Assembly: GCF_009914755.1 (NCBI RefSeq)
Contig: NC_060935.1
DNA length: 64,000 nt
DNA from: the human T2T-CHM13v2.0 reference genome, Homo sapiens
Direction: 5' to 3' (one strand)
Shown: positions 40,210-53,124 of the stretch, piece after piece
Layout: each line of letters opens with the position of its first letter
Numbering within the stretch: position 1 is the first letter of the stretch
Notes under the pieces: generated by a model
What the model was told of the DNA's origin: nothing
Seen by the model: the letters and a program-made list of their open reading frames with translations, nothing else
The model's database searches: none
Program-made: the position numbers and the translations under genes

Positions 40210-41263
40210 CTGGGACAAGGAAAGAACAGAATTGCCTGTGGAGCAGGAAATGGGTATCTTTTCCTGTGGTTGACCACAGAGTCACCTGATTTTGCAAGGC
40301 ATGCAAGATCTCCATCAACCATTTCCAGGATCATAGCCCAAGGCTTTGCCTCACCCCCCCAATGGAACCCAGATTGTCCTAAACAAGTCATACAGATTTA
40401 ATTCACTCCATAGCTCTGTAAGATAGACACTATTATTATCCCTACTGTAACAGGGGACTGTCCAGGTAACTTAACCGACCTTACCCAAAGTCACACAGAA
40501 GATAAGTGGAAGAGCTCCAGAGTCTGGGCGCTTAGCCATTCACCTACACTGCCTCTCAGGTAGGTTGTCCATATCTCATGTACCCAGTCCATAGCTCTAT
40601 GACAGCATGAATTATTTATCATACTTACTTGTTTTTCTCTTTCAATTGATACCATTTCAAGTGTGGAGACTATGTCTTTTTCCTTTCTGTATCCCCAGTG
40701 CTTAGCGCAGAGCTTGACACAGAGTAGATACCAGTGAATGTTTATAGAAATGAATGAGTGAAACTCACAGTCTCTTCTCATCAAAGGAGAGTCAAGAAGC
40801 GACAGGCTTTTACCTGGCTTTGTTATTAATGGGCTGATCCCAGCTCCTGTATAGATCTCTTTACTGCTTTAACTGCCCTTGGGCCTGTTTCCCCACCAAC
40901 AAAATGAGGGGATTGACCTCAATGACGCAAAAGCTTCTTCCCATATCCATCCTGTTTCTTTTTAGTATGGATCTTCCTTTTTCCTCATGCACACTTCACA
41001 GCCTCCAAACTGGATCCTCTGCCCGCTGCCTCACCTCTTCCATACTGAAGCCCAAGTGAGCTGTGCTCTTACAGATCATCAGGATCTTCTCCCAAACTGT
41101 TACCTGTTAGCTTTGTCAAAGCTGTCCTTTGTTCAATGGATAGCTTTAATTTTTACGTACTCTAATCAATCATTTTTCTACCTTAAAGTTTGTACTTTGT
41201 TAGGTTTTAGGAAATCCTTTCCTGAGATTTTTACAAGTACTCCACTAATTAATTAATTAACTA

Positions 41264-41683
41264 CTTTCTTTCTTTTCTTTTTCTTTCTTTCTTTCTTTCT
41301 TGCCTACCCTCCCTCCTTCCCTCCCTTCCTTTCTCCTCTCCTCTCCTTTCCTCTCTCTCCTTTTCTTTTTTCTTTTCTTTCTTCTTTTTAATTGAGACAG
41401 GGTCTCACTCTGTTGCCCAGGCTAGAGTATAGTGGCATGTTCTTGACTTAACTGTAGCCTTGAACTCCTGAGCTCAAGTGATCCTCCCACCTCAGCCTCC
41501 TGAGTAGCTGGGACCACAAGCATGTGCAACCACACCCAGCTAATTTTTTAAAAACAATTATTTTAGTAGAGATGGGGTCTCACTATGTTGCCAGGCTAGT
41601 CTCAAACTCCTGGCCTCAAGCGATCCTCTCGCCTTAGCTTCCCAAAGTGCTGGGATTATAGGCATGAGCCACGGTGCCTGGCC
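41264..41683 (-). mobile_element. Alu (AluJ-type) with a CT-rich degenerate tail
   Basis: gagacagggtctcactctg...cctggcc, with a pyrimidine tract at ~41264-41390. Confidence 0.92.
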
Positions 41684-41884
41684 TTTTAAATATTTTCTTC
41701 CATCAATTTTAAAGTGTTATCTTTCTCATTTAGATGTTTAAGAAAACATCTGAATTTATTTTATATATAGTGTGAAGTGAGGACTTAATTTATCTCTATA
41801 TATTGAGCCAATTTTCCCAATACTAAGTTCTAAAACACCCATCCATTCTCCACTGATATATGATGCTATCTCTGTCATGTTCCA

Positions 41885-42380
41885 AGTTCTTATATACACA
41901 TGGTATGTGGCAGAAACTTCTCCTTCCTATCCACCCTTTCCTTCTTTTGCAGTTACAGAATCCCTGCTATTTAGCTGGGCACGTGACTGCCTGGAACAGA
42001 CCACGATCCCTGGCTCCAAGGCAGCTACATCCACGACTAAGTTCTTGCAATGGCATGTAAGTAAAAGTGATATGGGCAGCTTCTGGGAGGTGTCCTTACA
42101 ATGCAAGGGACTTGCTCTTCATCCTTGACCTCCTTCCTGATGGCTGGAAAGTGGATGTGAAGGCTGGACCTGAAGTGGTCCCCTTGGATCATGACTTTGG
42201 AGATGAAAGCCTGAGTGGAGCACAGAGAGAGAGGAGCCTGGGTCTCAGACCCTGCAGCCCTGGATTATCTACCTCCAGACTTGCAGAGTGAGAAGTGAGG
42301 TGAGTGAGAAGCAAACTTTATTTCTAATTCAGTTATTTTGGCTTTTCTGAAACTTGGGGCCAAAGCTTAGTTTAATTACT
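41885..42380. mobile_element. MaLR LTR (MLT1-type), inserted in old L1M sequence
   Basis: gactaagttcttgcaatgg..atgtaagtaaaagtgatatgggcagcttctggga block typical of old MLT1. Boundaries approximate. Confidence 0.6.
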
Positions 42381-43370
42381 CTTCCCAGGTCAGTTTCTGA
42401 ATGCGTTCTATTCCACGGAATCAATTTATCTGTTCCTGTGCCAGCACCACACAGTTTTAGATAATATGGTTTTTCTAGGATAGCTTAATATCTGGTGAGT
42501 CCCTCTTCTTTGTTCTTAAAGGCTGCGTTAGCTATTTACAAGTCTGTATTCTATCGTAAATTTTAGAATTAGTTTGTCAATTCCCCCTGAAAACATGCTG
42601 TGGTTTTGATGGGCACTCACTGCCTTTTTAGATCAGGCAGGTGATATCTGACATCATTACCATATTTAGCTGTCCCATCCCGGCTCATGGTCAGAGTGAG
42701 TTATCTATAATACAGATCTGATGGTGCCACTCGCATGCGTTAGTCCCTGCAGAGGCTTGACATTTGCCTTGGATGAAGTTGAAAGTCCTAATCTTCTTAC
42801 CCTGGGTTCCAGCTGCTCACACCCAAGTTTTGTCTTTTGCTGTTCCCTTCATGTCATCCTCTGCTTAAATCACAATGAACCTTCTCTCCAGTAACTTTCT
42901 TTTAGGCTTCAGCACTTTGGCACATACTGTACCTTCTGCCTAAAATGTTCTCCCTACTTGATACACAGGGCTAATCCTATAGACCCTCTGAGACTCATTT
43001 CAGGAGTTCTTGCCAAAGAGACACATTGATGAACCAAGACGCTGGGTGAGGTGCTCTTCTTCTAGCCTTCATAGTGCCCTGTGCCTCCCTCTGTGATGTC
43101 AGGGTGCATATGGCACAACATTGAAACTGCCTGGTGAGTATTTGTGTCTCACAGGCATAAAGCCTTGAGGCCATTCATTTCTACATCCCCAGTGCCTAGC
43201 ACAGTGACAGGCTCAGAGGAGGTCTTCAAGCAATATCTGTTGACTGAGCTCTCTGACCACATAGGAGCCTATGGGATTCAAAATGTGAATTTTTTGTTTG
43301 GCAGGGCACAAGGGATATGAGACAAGGTTCCACCCCAGCCTGGTTCAAGTAATTCTATTAATCCACTTAC

Positions 43371-43514
43371 CACTTTGAATGTTGAGGGCATGATGTTTGT
43401 CTAGGCTCCATCCTCCAAGCTTGGACGCGTCAATTTCATAGCCCTGCAGCACTGTTGTTCTTTTTTCCCACAGGATTAGATCTGGGCAGGATTCATATTC
43501 ATAACCCACGGAAA
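43371..43514 (-). CDS. TENM4: TENM4 exon, 144 nt (phase 1-1), [19 protein letters not shown]...HHALNIQSG
   Basis: Acceptor cctacag|TTTCCG and donor CAAAGTG|gtaagt. Inside ORF 43345..43644. Confidence 0.96.
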
Positions 43515-43805
43515 CTGTAGGTGACAGAATGAGGCAAAATGCATAAGTGAGCAAAGCCCACTCTTTGGCCTTTAGACCTGTAGGCAAGGCCCCTGGCTCA
43601 TCTTTTGTAGAAGAGGAAAAAAGGGTCATATTTCTAAGTGGCAACCAGAACGATGTGAAACACTAACACAAGGTTGCTGAGCCTTAATCATTTTTTCTTT
43701 TTTTTGGAAGATCAATTTTACATTTGGGGAAAAGTTAAAATAAATGTACCAATTACTTTAAAAGGATCTAAGTGAATCCCTTCCAAGGAAATAATCTTTA
43801 GTATG

Positions 43806-44216
43806 TGATGGGGTTTGTTTCTGTGTTCCCAACCCAAATCTCACGTTTAATTGTAATCCCCAGTGTTGGAGGTGGGGCCTGGTGGGAGGTGATTGGATCA
43901 TGGGGTGGATTCTCATGAACGGCTTGGCACCATCCTCTTGGTGCTGTTCTCATCATGGTGAGCGAGTTCTCCTGAGATCCAGATGTTTAAAAGTGTGTAG
44001 CACCTCCTCCCACCACCCCAGGTCCTGCTCCTGCCATGTAAGATGGCTGCTCCCGCTTTGCCTTCTGTCATGAGTCAAAGCTCCCTGAGGCTTCCCCAGA
44101 AGCAGATGCTGCCAGGCTTCCTGTACAGCCTGCAGAATCATGAGCCAATTAAACCTCTTTTCTTATAAATTGCCCAGTCTCAGGTATTTATAACAACACG
44201 AGAACGGACTAATATA
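43806..44216 (+). mobile_element. MaLR solo LTR (MSTA-like), 411 bp
   Basis: TGATGGGGTTTG...cccaaatctc start, attaaacctcttttctt, and ACGGACTAATATA end. Perfect 5-bp TSD GTATG at 43801-43805 and 44217-44221. Confidence 0.92.
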
Positions 44217-44458
44217 GTATGGAAAATATTTTGTGCACAAGTCTTCACCACATTATTTAATATTGGAAACTTAGATGTAATCTAAAGGTTCAAGAGGGGT
44301 GAGAGGGTGAGCAAACCCAAGTGCATCCACTGTAGGAATACTATGACGCCACTGGAAATCACAGTGAAGAAGAATGTGGTGACCTGGGAAATGCTTATGG
44401 AGCAATGCTCAGTTGAAAAGACTGGTTATATATGGTAATTTGCATTAAAAGAAATTAC

Positions 44459-44741
44459 GGGTTGGGCGCGGTGGCTCACGCCTGTAATCCCAGCACTTTG
44501 GGAGGCCGAGGCGGGCGGATCACGAGGTCAGGAGATGGAGACCATCCTGGCTAACATGGTGAAACCTCGTCTCTACTAAAAATACAAAAATTAGCCGGGT
44601 GTGGTGGTGGGCGCCTGTAGTCCCAGCTACTCGGGAGGCTGAGGCAGGAGAATAGCTTGAACCCAGGAGGCAGAGGTTGCAGTGAGCCACTGCATTCCAT
44701 CCTGACGACAGAGCGAGACTCCGCCTCAAAAAAAAAAAAAA
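44459..44741 (+). mobile_element. Alu (AluSc/Y-like)
   Basis: ggatcacgaggtcaggagat..gaccatcctggctaac pattern, A tail and TSD aaaagaaatta. Confidence 0.93.
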
Positions 44742-45737
44742 GAAATTATGTATGAAAAAAGAAAACTAGTTGTATTTGTTTACAGAATCACATATGACTT
44801 TTTTCTATTTTTGTCCATTTTTCAAATTTTTATTAACGACTATGGTGTTTTTTAAATTAGGAAAAATGTTTAAAGTCATTTACAGTGAATATATAGAAAA
44901 GGAACTTAGTTGGATTACTTTTAAAAAGCTGGAAGTTACTTTGAGGTTTCAAAGCTTTTGTTTCATAAATCCAGGACCCCTTAGAAGGTCACTGGGATGA
45001 AGGCTAAACATGACAGCCTCCCTGCCCCTGGGTGTGTAAAAAGTCCTGTAACTGGACTATGGAAAGGAACCAGCAGAGACAGGAATGCTATTTCTTCCAA
45101 GCGTCTTTCTGGGCAGCCACTATTTTCCAGTGGACAATATTCTACTACATGTTCAAGACAGGAATTAACAACTGAGCAGCTCCTTAAAGTTTCTTGTAGA
45201 TGCCATAAAAGACTGCCGACCATTTATGGCAACGGGGGAATGGGCTGGAAGACGTCCCTGTGACCCCTTCCCCCATGGCCTTGAGTTCCTTAAGCAGCCA
45301 CTGTGGTCACTTGTGATCTTAGGAAAGTGACTGCAGCCCAGTCACTTCCCTTTTTAACTGACTGGCGGGCACTAGAAGTGCTCATTTTTTCTCAAGAGGT
45401 TATAAGGCCTCATTTTAAAAAAGACGACAGAAGTGGCTTGATCTACAGAAGGGATCATGAACAGTGAGAGATGGCACCTTTGCTCCCACTGTGCCCTTCT
45501 TTGGTAGGATTGTATGCGAACCCATAGGAAAGATCTGGAATAAATCCAGCTCTGTTCCTTTCTAGCTGTGCATCTCACTGGGAAGTCATCTCAATTCTCT
45601 GGGCCTCAGCTTCTTAATGCAGAATTTGGGGGTGACAATTTTTGACTCACAGAGTATAAGGATTAATGGAGTTACTAATGTACAGGGGCACACATTGCCC
45701 ACAGTAGGTGCTCAAGCAACATTCTTTTATTTCCTTC

Positions 45738-45882
45738 CCACCTCTCTCCTCCTCTTCTTCCCCCCTCTTCCTCCCTCCCTTCCTTGCTTCTGCTCCCTCC
45801 CTCCCTTCCCTCTTCCCGCCTCCTTCCCTCCCTCTCTTCCTCTTCCTCCTTCCCTCCCTTCCTTCCCCACTTCCTTCCTTTC
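45738..45882. repeat. CT-rich (CCT/CCCT/CTT) low-complexity tract
   Basis: Directly visible, ~145 bp of nearly pure pyrimidine. Confidence 0.9.
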
Positions 45883-46668
45883 TAAAAACATTACTTCTCT
45901 GCTTCCTCATTCTGCCTTTGCTGAATCTCTACCTTTGCTGAACCTAAGGGAATGAAATTGGAGTGGGGTTCAAGACGAGAAGGGATTTGCTGGATGGTTA
46001 CTCTTAAGTGCTTGGTAGATCAACTCCGCAGGGTTAGGCCTGCTGAGAGTCTAGCTCTGAGCCCTTCCTAGGACCTCCTCTAATCTGGAAGCAGAAATGC
46101 ATACAGCCAGCCCCTGGAAGCCCAAGGGCCAAGAGAGGCTAGGACTCCAGGTGAGGCTACAGCCAACTTCTGTTTCATCTTACAAAGAGACAGCAATAAC
46201 AAAAACAAAGAGATGACCTCTCTGACTGGGTAAAGAGGCCAAAAAGCATTTTTGATGGAGGAAGAATCTTAGTTACTGCACCTCAAAAAAAAAAATGAAA
46301 GAAACCATTTTTTAGCTCTCCTATTTTAATGGGTAAGTTCCCACAGGATGGCTGTGGGGTGGCCAGGCAATGTCCACCTGGCCCTGCCTTTGTGGCACAT
46401 GACCTCTTTTAGCCCCTCACAAGCCAGCACAGCACTTTTCAGGGCCCTTTGGTTCTGTAGCCTCATTGTAATGGTCGGGTTTTCTACATTCAGGTCTTTC
46501 AGTTCACATTCTTTTAGGTCCTGGCCAGTCACGGACAGGTCTTAAAGGTCAATTAAGCCTTAGGTATTTTTGATCTGAGAAGAGGAAGGAAGGAAGAAGG
46601 AACTAGGGAGGTAGAAAGAGTCCTCCCTGCAAGAGCTATTCTCTGAGTCCTGCAGCCGGGAGGCTTAC

Positions 46669-46936
46669 CAAAGGCTTCTGAAAGCCCAAACACCTTCTGG
46701 TTGTAGACGTCTGTCTTGTCCCAAATGAAATAATAGGACAGGTCTGGGGCTGCAGCGAACCACTTCCTGAAGAGGCGGCCCTCCACCGCTACCATGAGGT
46801 GCACCTTCATGAGGTTGAAGGGGATGGTCGGGTGGGTGAGGCTGATCCTCAGGACAGATTTGTAGCCAGGGGTCCGGCTGCTCAGGTAGCTCAGCCTCAT
46901 CTTGCAGCCAGAGATAGAGATTTCCTCCTGCAAAGC
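46669..46936 (-). CDS. TENM4: TENM4 exon, 268 nt (phase 0-1), [17 protein letters not shown]...KVFGLSEAF; FN-plug/Ig-like region
   Basis: Acceptor ctttctag|GCTTTG and donor GCCTTTG|gtaagc. Overlaps ORF 46553..46933. Confidence 0.96.
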
Positions 46937-49608
46937 CTAGAAAGCAGAGGCAGATCACAGCAAGGGACGGTCGTCGACTCACCGAGTGGAGGGAAGATGG
47001 CGTGGCCCCATGGACTCTGGGTGTTCAGGAGGTAGAGGGAAAGGCAGAAGGAGAGAGGAGGGGAAAAAAAGAGGAGACAGTGGAAAGAAGAGGGGAAGCA
47101 GAGGGTGAAGAGAAGCAGGAGGAGGAGGAGGAAGGGAAAAGCATAAATGAGATGGGAGAAAGATTGGGGAGGAGTAAAACATGTCAGAGGACCTGGTATC
47201 TGGGGCCAGTTTTCATGTGGTGACCCTGCAGGAGTCACCTCACCTCGCCAAGCCTCAGCCTCCTGCTCTGTACAACAGGGATGACAGCACTCATTTCACT
47301 GCAGTTTTGAGAGGAATACATAGGATATGCATATAAAATACTTAGATCACATTGCCACTGGTTCTCAAGCTGTGTTATCCTAGAAAGCTCACGGAACCTC
47401 TGAATCTCAGTCTCCTCACTGGCTTTGTGTGAGGACTGAGAAAGGTCACATAGGTAAAGTGCCTAGCACAGAAACGCTGTCAGGTGGCATGCAGTGCTGC
47501 TGCTGCTGGTGGTGGTGCTGGCAGGAGGGATGCCATGAAGAGAGACTACTGCGGCCAGCTGCCTAAGCAGGAAGGATGGTTTCTCTCTCAAAACTTTCCT
47601 CAAATGAGATCTGTTCCAAATGACTTTCCTTTTCGGGAAATTAAACAGACACTACGAGATGTTGACCAAACAAATAATTATGCAGAGTTCAGACCACAGC
47701 CTGGCAGGACCTGTGGTTCACAGCCCCAGCTCATCCACAGAGAGAGGTTGGACTGGCTGCATGGAGCTTCTGGCCACTCTGGGCCCCAGCTCCAGTGCCA
47801 GATGGACAGAGTGGGGAAGGCTATGACCCGGGGAACGCTCAGGTCACTTAGCTACTGGGTGCAATGAGCCTAGTTCTAAGTTGGAAAGTTTAAATGAATG
47901 CCAGCATGCCCAAGCAGACAGCAAAAGCAGATAACTTTATCAGCTTGATGCGCTGGGCTCTGTTTCAAGAAAGGAACATTAAATCAATTGAGGCTAATGT
48001 ATCTATTCAAGGGACAATGGCTATTCTACCCTACGTTTACAGTGGATCTGGGCCTTTTTCATCCTGTCCGTTTCATAGACAAGTGTGAACGTTTACCCTC
48101 ACCCCATTCTCCTGAACACAGGAAATTTTAGGGATTGGGCTTAAACTAAGGCAATCTTCCTAAACTACAGCTTATAAGTTTGAGGCAAAGCAGGACTTAT
48201 ACCCTGGTGAGCCCCTGGCATGACTGAAGTGCCATCCTGATGCTCTCAAAAATATTTACCTTCTTTAACATACCCTTTAAAATTCATATCTCCCAGCACT
48301 TGCAAAGGTTAACCTGTGAGAGGACTGGGAAAATCCAAGAGTTTGTTTATGTGTATTTCATGAATCTGATAATAAGCAAGATTTTTGCCCTAACTGAACG
48401 TGCAGGCACCCAGCTCAGGGAGCACTGTAAAGAGGGTGTGACCTTTAACCCCTTTTGTTCCAGAGTCCCTGCTCCTGGGAAAAATGTCTAGCTGGAGCTG
48501 AGCCAGGGTTGAGTAACAAATTACTTCTCTCCAGCAAGCTCTGTCTCCACTGACAACCATTTCATAAGAAAGGTCAGCCTGGTAGTTGAGACAGGAGACA
48601 GGCGCTGAATCTCTGAAAAGGAGGTTTCAACCTGTGAGTGCAATGAGAATTTCAAAATGATTGTATGTCCTTCTTGTTGGCTGGCATCGGAAGCCACTCA
48701 ACAGGGTACGCACGGAAAGGTGTTTGCTCAGCCAGGCATGAAATATACACAAAAAAATATATAAAATCCCTGCTCCACCAGCGCCCGCAATCCATTAATA
48801 GGCACATTGCCTGAGTTCTCATTAGGCAGGTGAGACAACCGGGACTTCTCCTGGGCTTCTACACTGACATCTCTCCACTTCCTCAGGCCTTCACTGCTGC
48901 CATTAGAAACTGGGCTGGGGACAGCGAAGGAAATTCAACTGGCAGAGCTTTGTTAGGTGAAAATATCTATCTTGATTTCCATCAGATTAAAATGCATCTT
49001 TCCCAATTACTTTCTTTTAATGATAGTTAAGTAAAGCAGTTGTATGTACAGATTTGAGCCAAGGCAATCCTTAATTGGCATGAAGGCAGCGTGTGTTAAA
49101 TAATCTTAATAATAATAGCTAAAATTTATTGAGTACTTATTAGGTGACAGACATTGTGCTAAGCATCTCATATACATTTTTCTCATTTAATCTTTATTAT
49201 AATGCTCACTCTTCGGGATCCTTTGGCACATTCCTCTTGGTAGAACCATTTATTTTAAGTAGTTTTAACAGAAATAATGACAGAGGGACACAGGAGGCTG
49301 GGGAAAAGGAAAGTAGGCAGAAGTGAACTAACCAGGAGAGTGGAAAGACAGAGAGAATTTAGTATAAACCAGAGTGTGCCAGGCAGTTCCAGGCACTCAT
49401 GTGTTTTCCATGTGTAAGAGGGGTGCCCCTCATGCCCTTACACCATGCCTGCTGTGGGGTTTGGTGGCTGGATTTTGCATAATAGGCTGATGGGACCTGA
49501 CCCAAGCCCTACAGAGGTGTTTTTTCTCTTTCCACTGTCTCTGAGATCCTCCTCCACCCCCAAAATGAAATAAAAGCATGGTGGAATGCAATTAGGAAAG
49601 CTGGGTAC

Positions 49609-49870
49609 CTGAATTTCCGGCACAATGGGGCCTTTCTCTGCACAGGAGCTGGCGAAGGACGTCAGTGGGGATGGAGAGACGACTGGGTTGGGGCGGGCAA
49701 AATTGCTCAGGTCACAGCTGGGAATCTCATTCTCCTCATGTCTCATGATGATGGTTTCCATGACAAAGAAGCGATCCCATGGCAGCCACAGGGTGTGCTC
49801 CTGTGTGATGAAAGGTGCCCGCTCGAACCGCAGGATGATGGAGATGCCGCCATTTGTCACCAAGTCAAAG
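49609..49870 (-). CDS. TENM4: TENM4 exon, 262 nt (phase 2-0), [21 protein letters not shown]...GPIVPEIQ
   Basis: Acceptor aaacag|CTTTGAC and donor ATTCAG|gtaccc. Overlaps ORF 49438..49863. Confidence 0.96.
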
Positions 49871-51168
49871 CTGTTTGGGAGGGGAAGGTTGAGAAGGGGC
49901 GGGGAGCAGGAAGAGCAGGAACCAGGATGAGAAAGAGAGAGACAAAGAAAGGGGAGAAAATTACACCAAAGGGTCTCAGCATTTCTTGAGGGAGGCTCTA
50001 ATGCCTAAATATTTGACTGCAGCTCCAAACAATGGCAGTGATTTTAGAAAGCAGTTTTTTTTTACCCCATAAAATGATTCACATAGAGAATTTGCTGAAA
50101 TGAACCACTGCTGTGGAGAGCCATTTTTCAGGATACACAAGAGCTGACAGTGGTGCTGCTGGTACTTAGGGCCTTTCAACCATGTCAGAGCTGAAAGCCC
50201 AGTGAAAAGTCAGTGAATAAAGTAGGGCAAGCCTTGATCTGGGTGTTAGAACCCCAAGCCTGGTCCTGGCTCTGTCTTCAACTATTATGTGATCTTGGGT
50301 AAGTCACTTAGCCTCTTTGATCCTCATTTTTTTCATCTGTAAAATGCAAAGGCTCAAATGGATTATTCTTAAGTCTCTAAGATTCTATGACTCCACAGCA
50401 ATCTTAGCTCTAATTGTGATAGATTACTCAACAAAGGCCTTTGCAATTACAAAATAGCTAAGCAGTTTAAAGATGGCTCAATTAGAAACACAGTATCTTA
50501 CAAGTGAAAGGAGAACCAGAAGACTGAGTGCCAGCCTCCTAGTTGAGATGAGATCACTGTGACAGCATCTGGAGAGCTGGCAGCCCAGCCTCTGTTCATC
50601 AGCCTCTGAGGATGCTGGGGAGGTCTGAGGAGAAACCTGCCCTCCTAGTCCTAGTTCTGTCTTCAATGTGACACCAAATGGGTTTGCTCTATGATGGTCT
50701 CCAGGCCTTCCCTGATCCTAGATGACCCCCTGCTAAGTCCCTCTTGTTTCAGGCTTGTGGGGATTGTACAGGCAGAGTCTTCCTTGCCTCACCCCAGAAT
50801 ATCTTGTGCCCAAACAGGACCCAGCCAGAAACATACTGGCAGCTCTGTTTGGTGCTGGCATCTTAACTCCAATCACCTGCAGACAAACCTAGCAAGGCAC
50901 GTTCCCATCCAAGCCTTGGCATGCACTTTTACTTTTTGAACATTGAAGAAAACTGAGTTCCTCCCTATTTGTACACCCAATGTTTCTGACACTGCCCAGC
51001 CCCACATGGAACCTGATTTGAGGGTTCTGCAGCCACATGTTTAGAAGCCAGATGGACTCAGATTATAGATAATGGGAAAAGAGGGCCACATGTGAACCAA
51101 GGTACATCACTAATCCGGCAGGCTGGGTCTGCTGAATTAAGAAGAGGGCATAGCATGGCTGCTACTTA

Positions 51169-51519
<351 letters not shown>

Positions 51520-53124
51520 CTAGAATTTTGTGTCCTTTCTCTTCTTAAAACAGAAAGTTGAAATCAAGTAATAGGTGAACCACTGGAGAGGAACTTAATG
51601 GTCATCTGACCTAGCCCCCCTCCCATCTGATGCATCAGTTCCTTCTATAGAACCACCATCAAGGGCTCATTCAGTTCCTACTTATGCAATTCCAGAGATG
51701 AGGAGATTGCTATATCCACAGGAGGACTGTTCTGTTTTAGGTTAGTTCTGACTGTTAGAACTTTTTTTTTTTTTTTTTAAATTGAGTGTGGGTCCCTCTC
51801 TTTCCAGCTTCTTATTCACTGGGCCTGATGTCTGTCTCCTGGGTGACTTCAAACTAGTCCATTCCTTCTGTCACACCCTGGCTGTAGTAGGCATTTTCAA
51901 AGCCTGTCTTAATTGGCTTTGTTGGATGGAGAACTCCTAACTATCAAACTGTATAGCTCAAACTTCACCTCCCCCACACAGCCTTACCCAGTCAGAATTC
52001 CAGCTTCCTCCCTGGGTTCCACTGCCCCACACGCATGGCATTGCACTGTCATTGCTTGTTGAGCTCTCTGGCCCAGGGACATCGAGTCCTCTGTCTTTTC
52101 AGAAACTAGCCCAGTGCTTGATGCTTAAAAGTTGATGGAATAAATGCATGAGTGACAGCATCAGCTGCTCCTGAACTGACATCTACTAAACACCCTACGT
52201 CCCTTCTTACTTCGGCTGTTACTGCAGTTAAATCTAAGGTTCATCTGGGCAGTTGGTGTGAGAGACCTCAATGCAGGATCTGATCTTGACTCTGATAAAT
52301 CCACCATGTGGGAATGGGCCCATTGCTGCAGCTTGCTCTTCTCTCCTCCAGAGACTGAAAGGATTCCGCATGGAACCATCCTTTCCTAGTGTCAAGTTCT
52401 GCTCTTGGTAGATGGCATCCCCAGATTTGGGGCTCCAAGCTCCAAAGCCTGACTCTTCCACCCTTTGCAGGAGCTATCACCCGTTTGCCTGTTCCTCATT
52501 CACTTAGATGAAGTTGAGTACCACCATCATTCAATGACAGAGAAACACCTGAGGTGGGGTTTATTTTGAATCAATAATTCAGGTTTTGGCTCTCCAGGAG
52601 AATACCCATGGTTTTGGGGAAATACTCAAAGAACAATTTTTCTGTCACAGAACTGAATAGCATCTGTGCCTTGATAGAACATTTTTAACTGTCAAACAGA
52701 ATTTTAGCCAGACTTATAAGCTCCCTTCATGAGAGGCTGTATGTGAGGAGGGAGGAAAGACAAACATGAAAAGACATATTCCCAAGGCAGTGAGCAAGCA
52801 GGGGGCAGCTGGCCTTGCCAAGAGCAAGTAATGAGCTGGGGCTAGGCCCGCTCCTCTGGAGGGGAAACCCTGCTTTGGACATGAATGTGAATGTGACCCC
52901 AAAGGGAAGGCCTGGTTATCATATGAAGCCCAAACAGCGCAGGGCCATTCTGAACACTACTACTTGCTCCATGGGTGAATTATATCACCTTTCCAAGCCT
53001 CAGTTTTCTCATTTGTAAAATGAAGCTGATGATCATAATCATTTGGCAGGGTTATTGATTATACAGATGGGATAATAGATGGGAAAAGCACAGGGCCTCA
53101 CACATTCCCTTGTCTTGGCTCCCA

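Noticed and set aside
48776-48789. CCACCAGCGCCCGC as a CTCF site
   Set aside because: It lacks the central G-run of the CTCF core.
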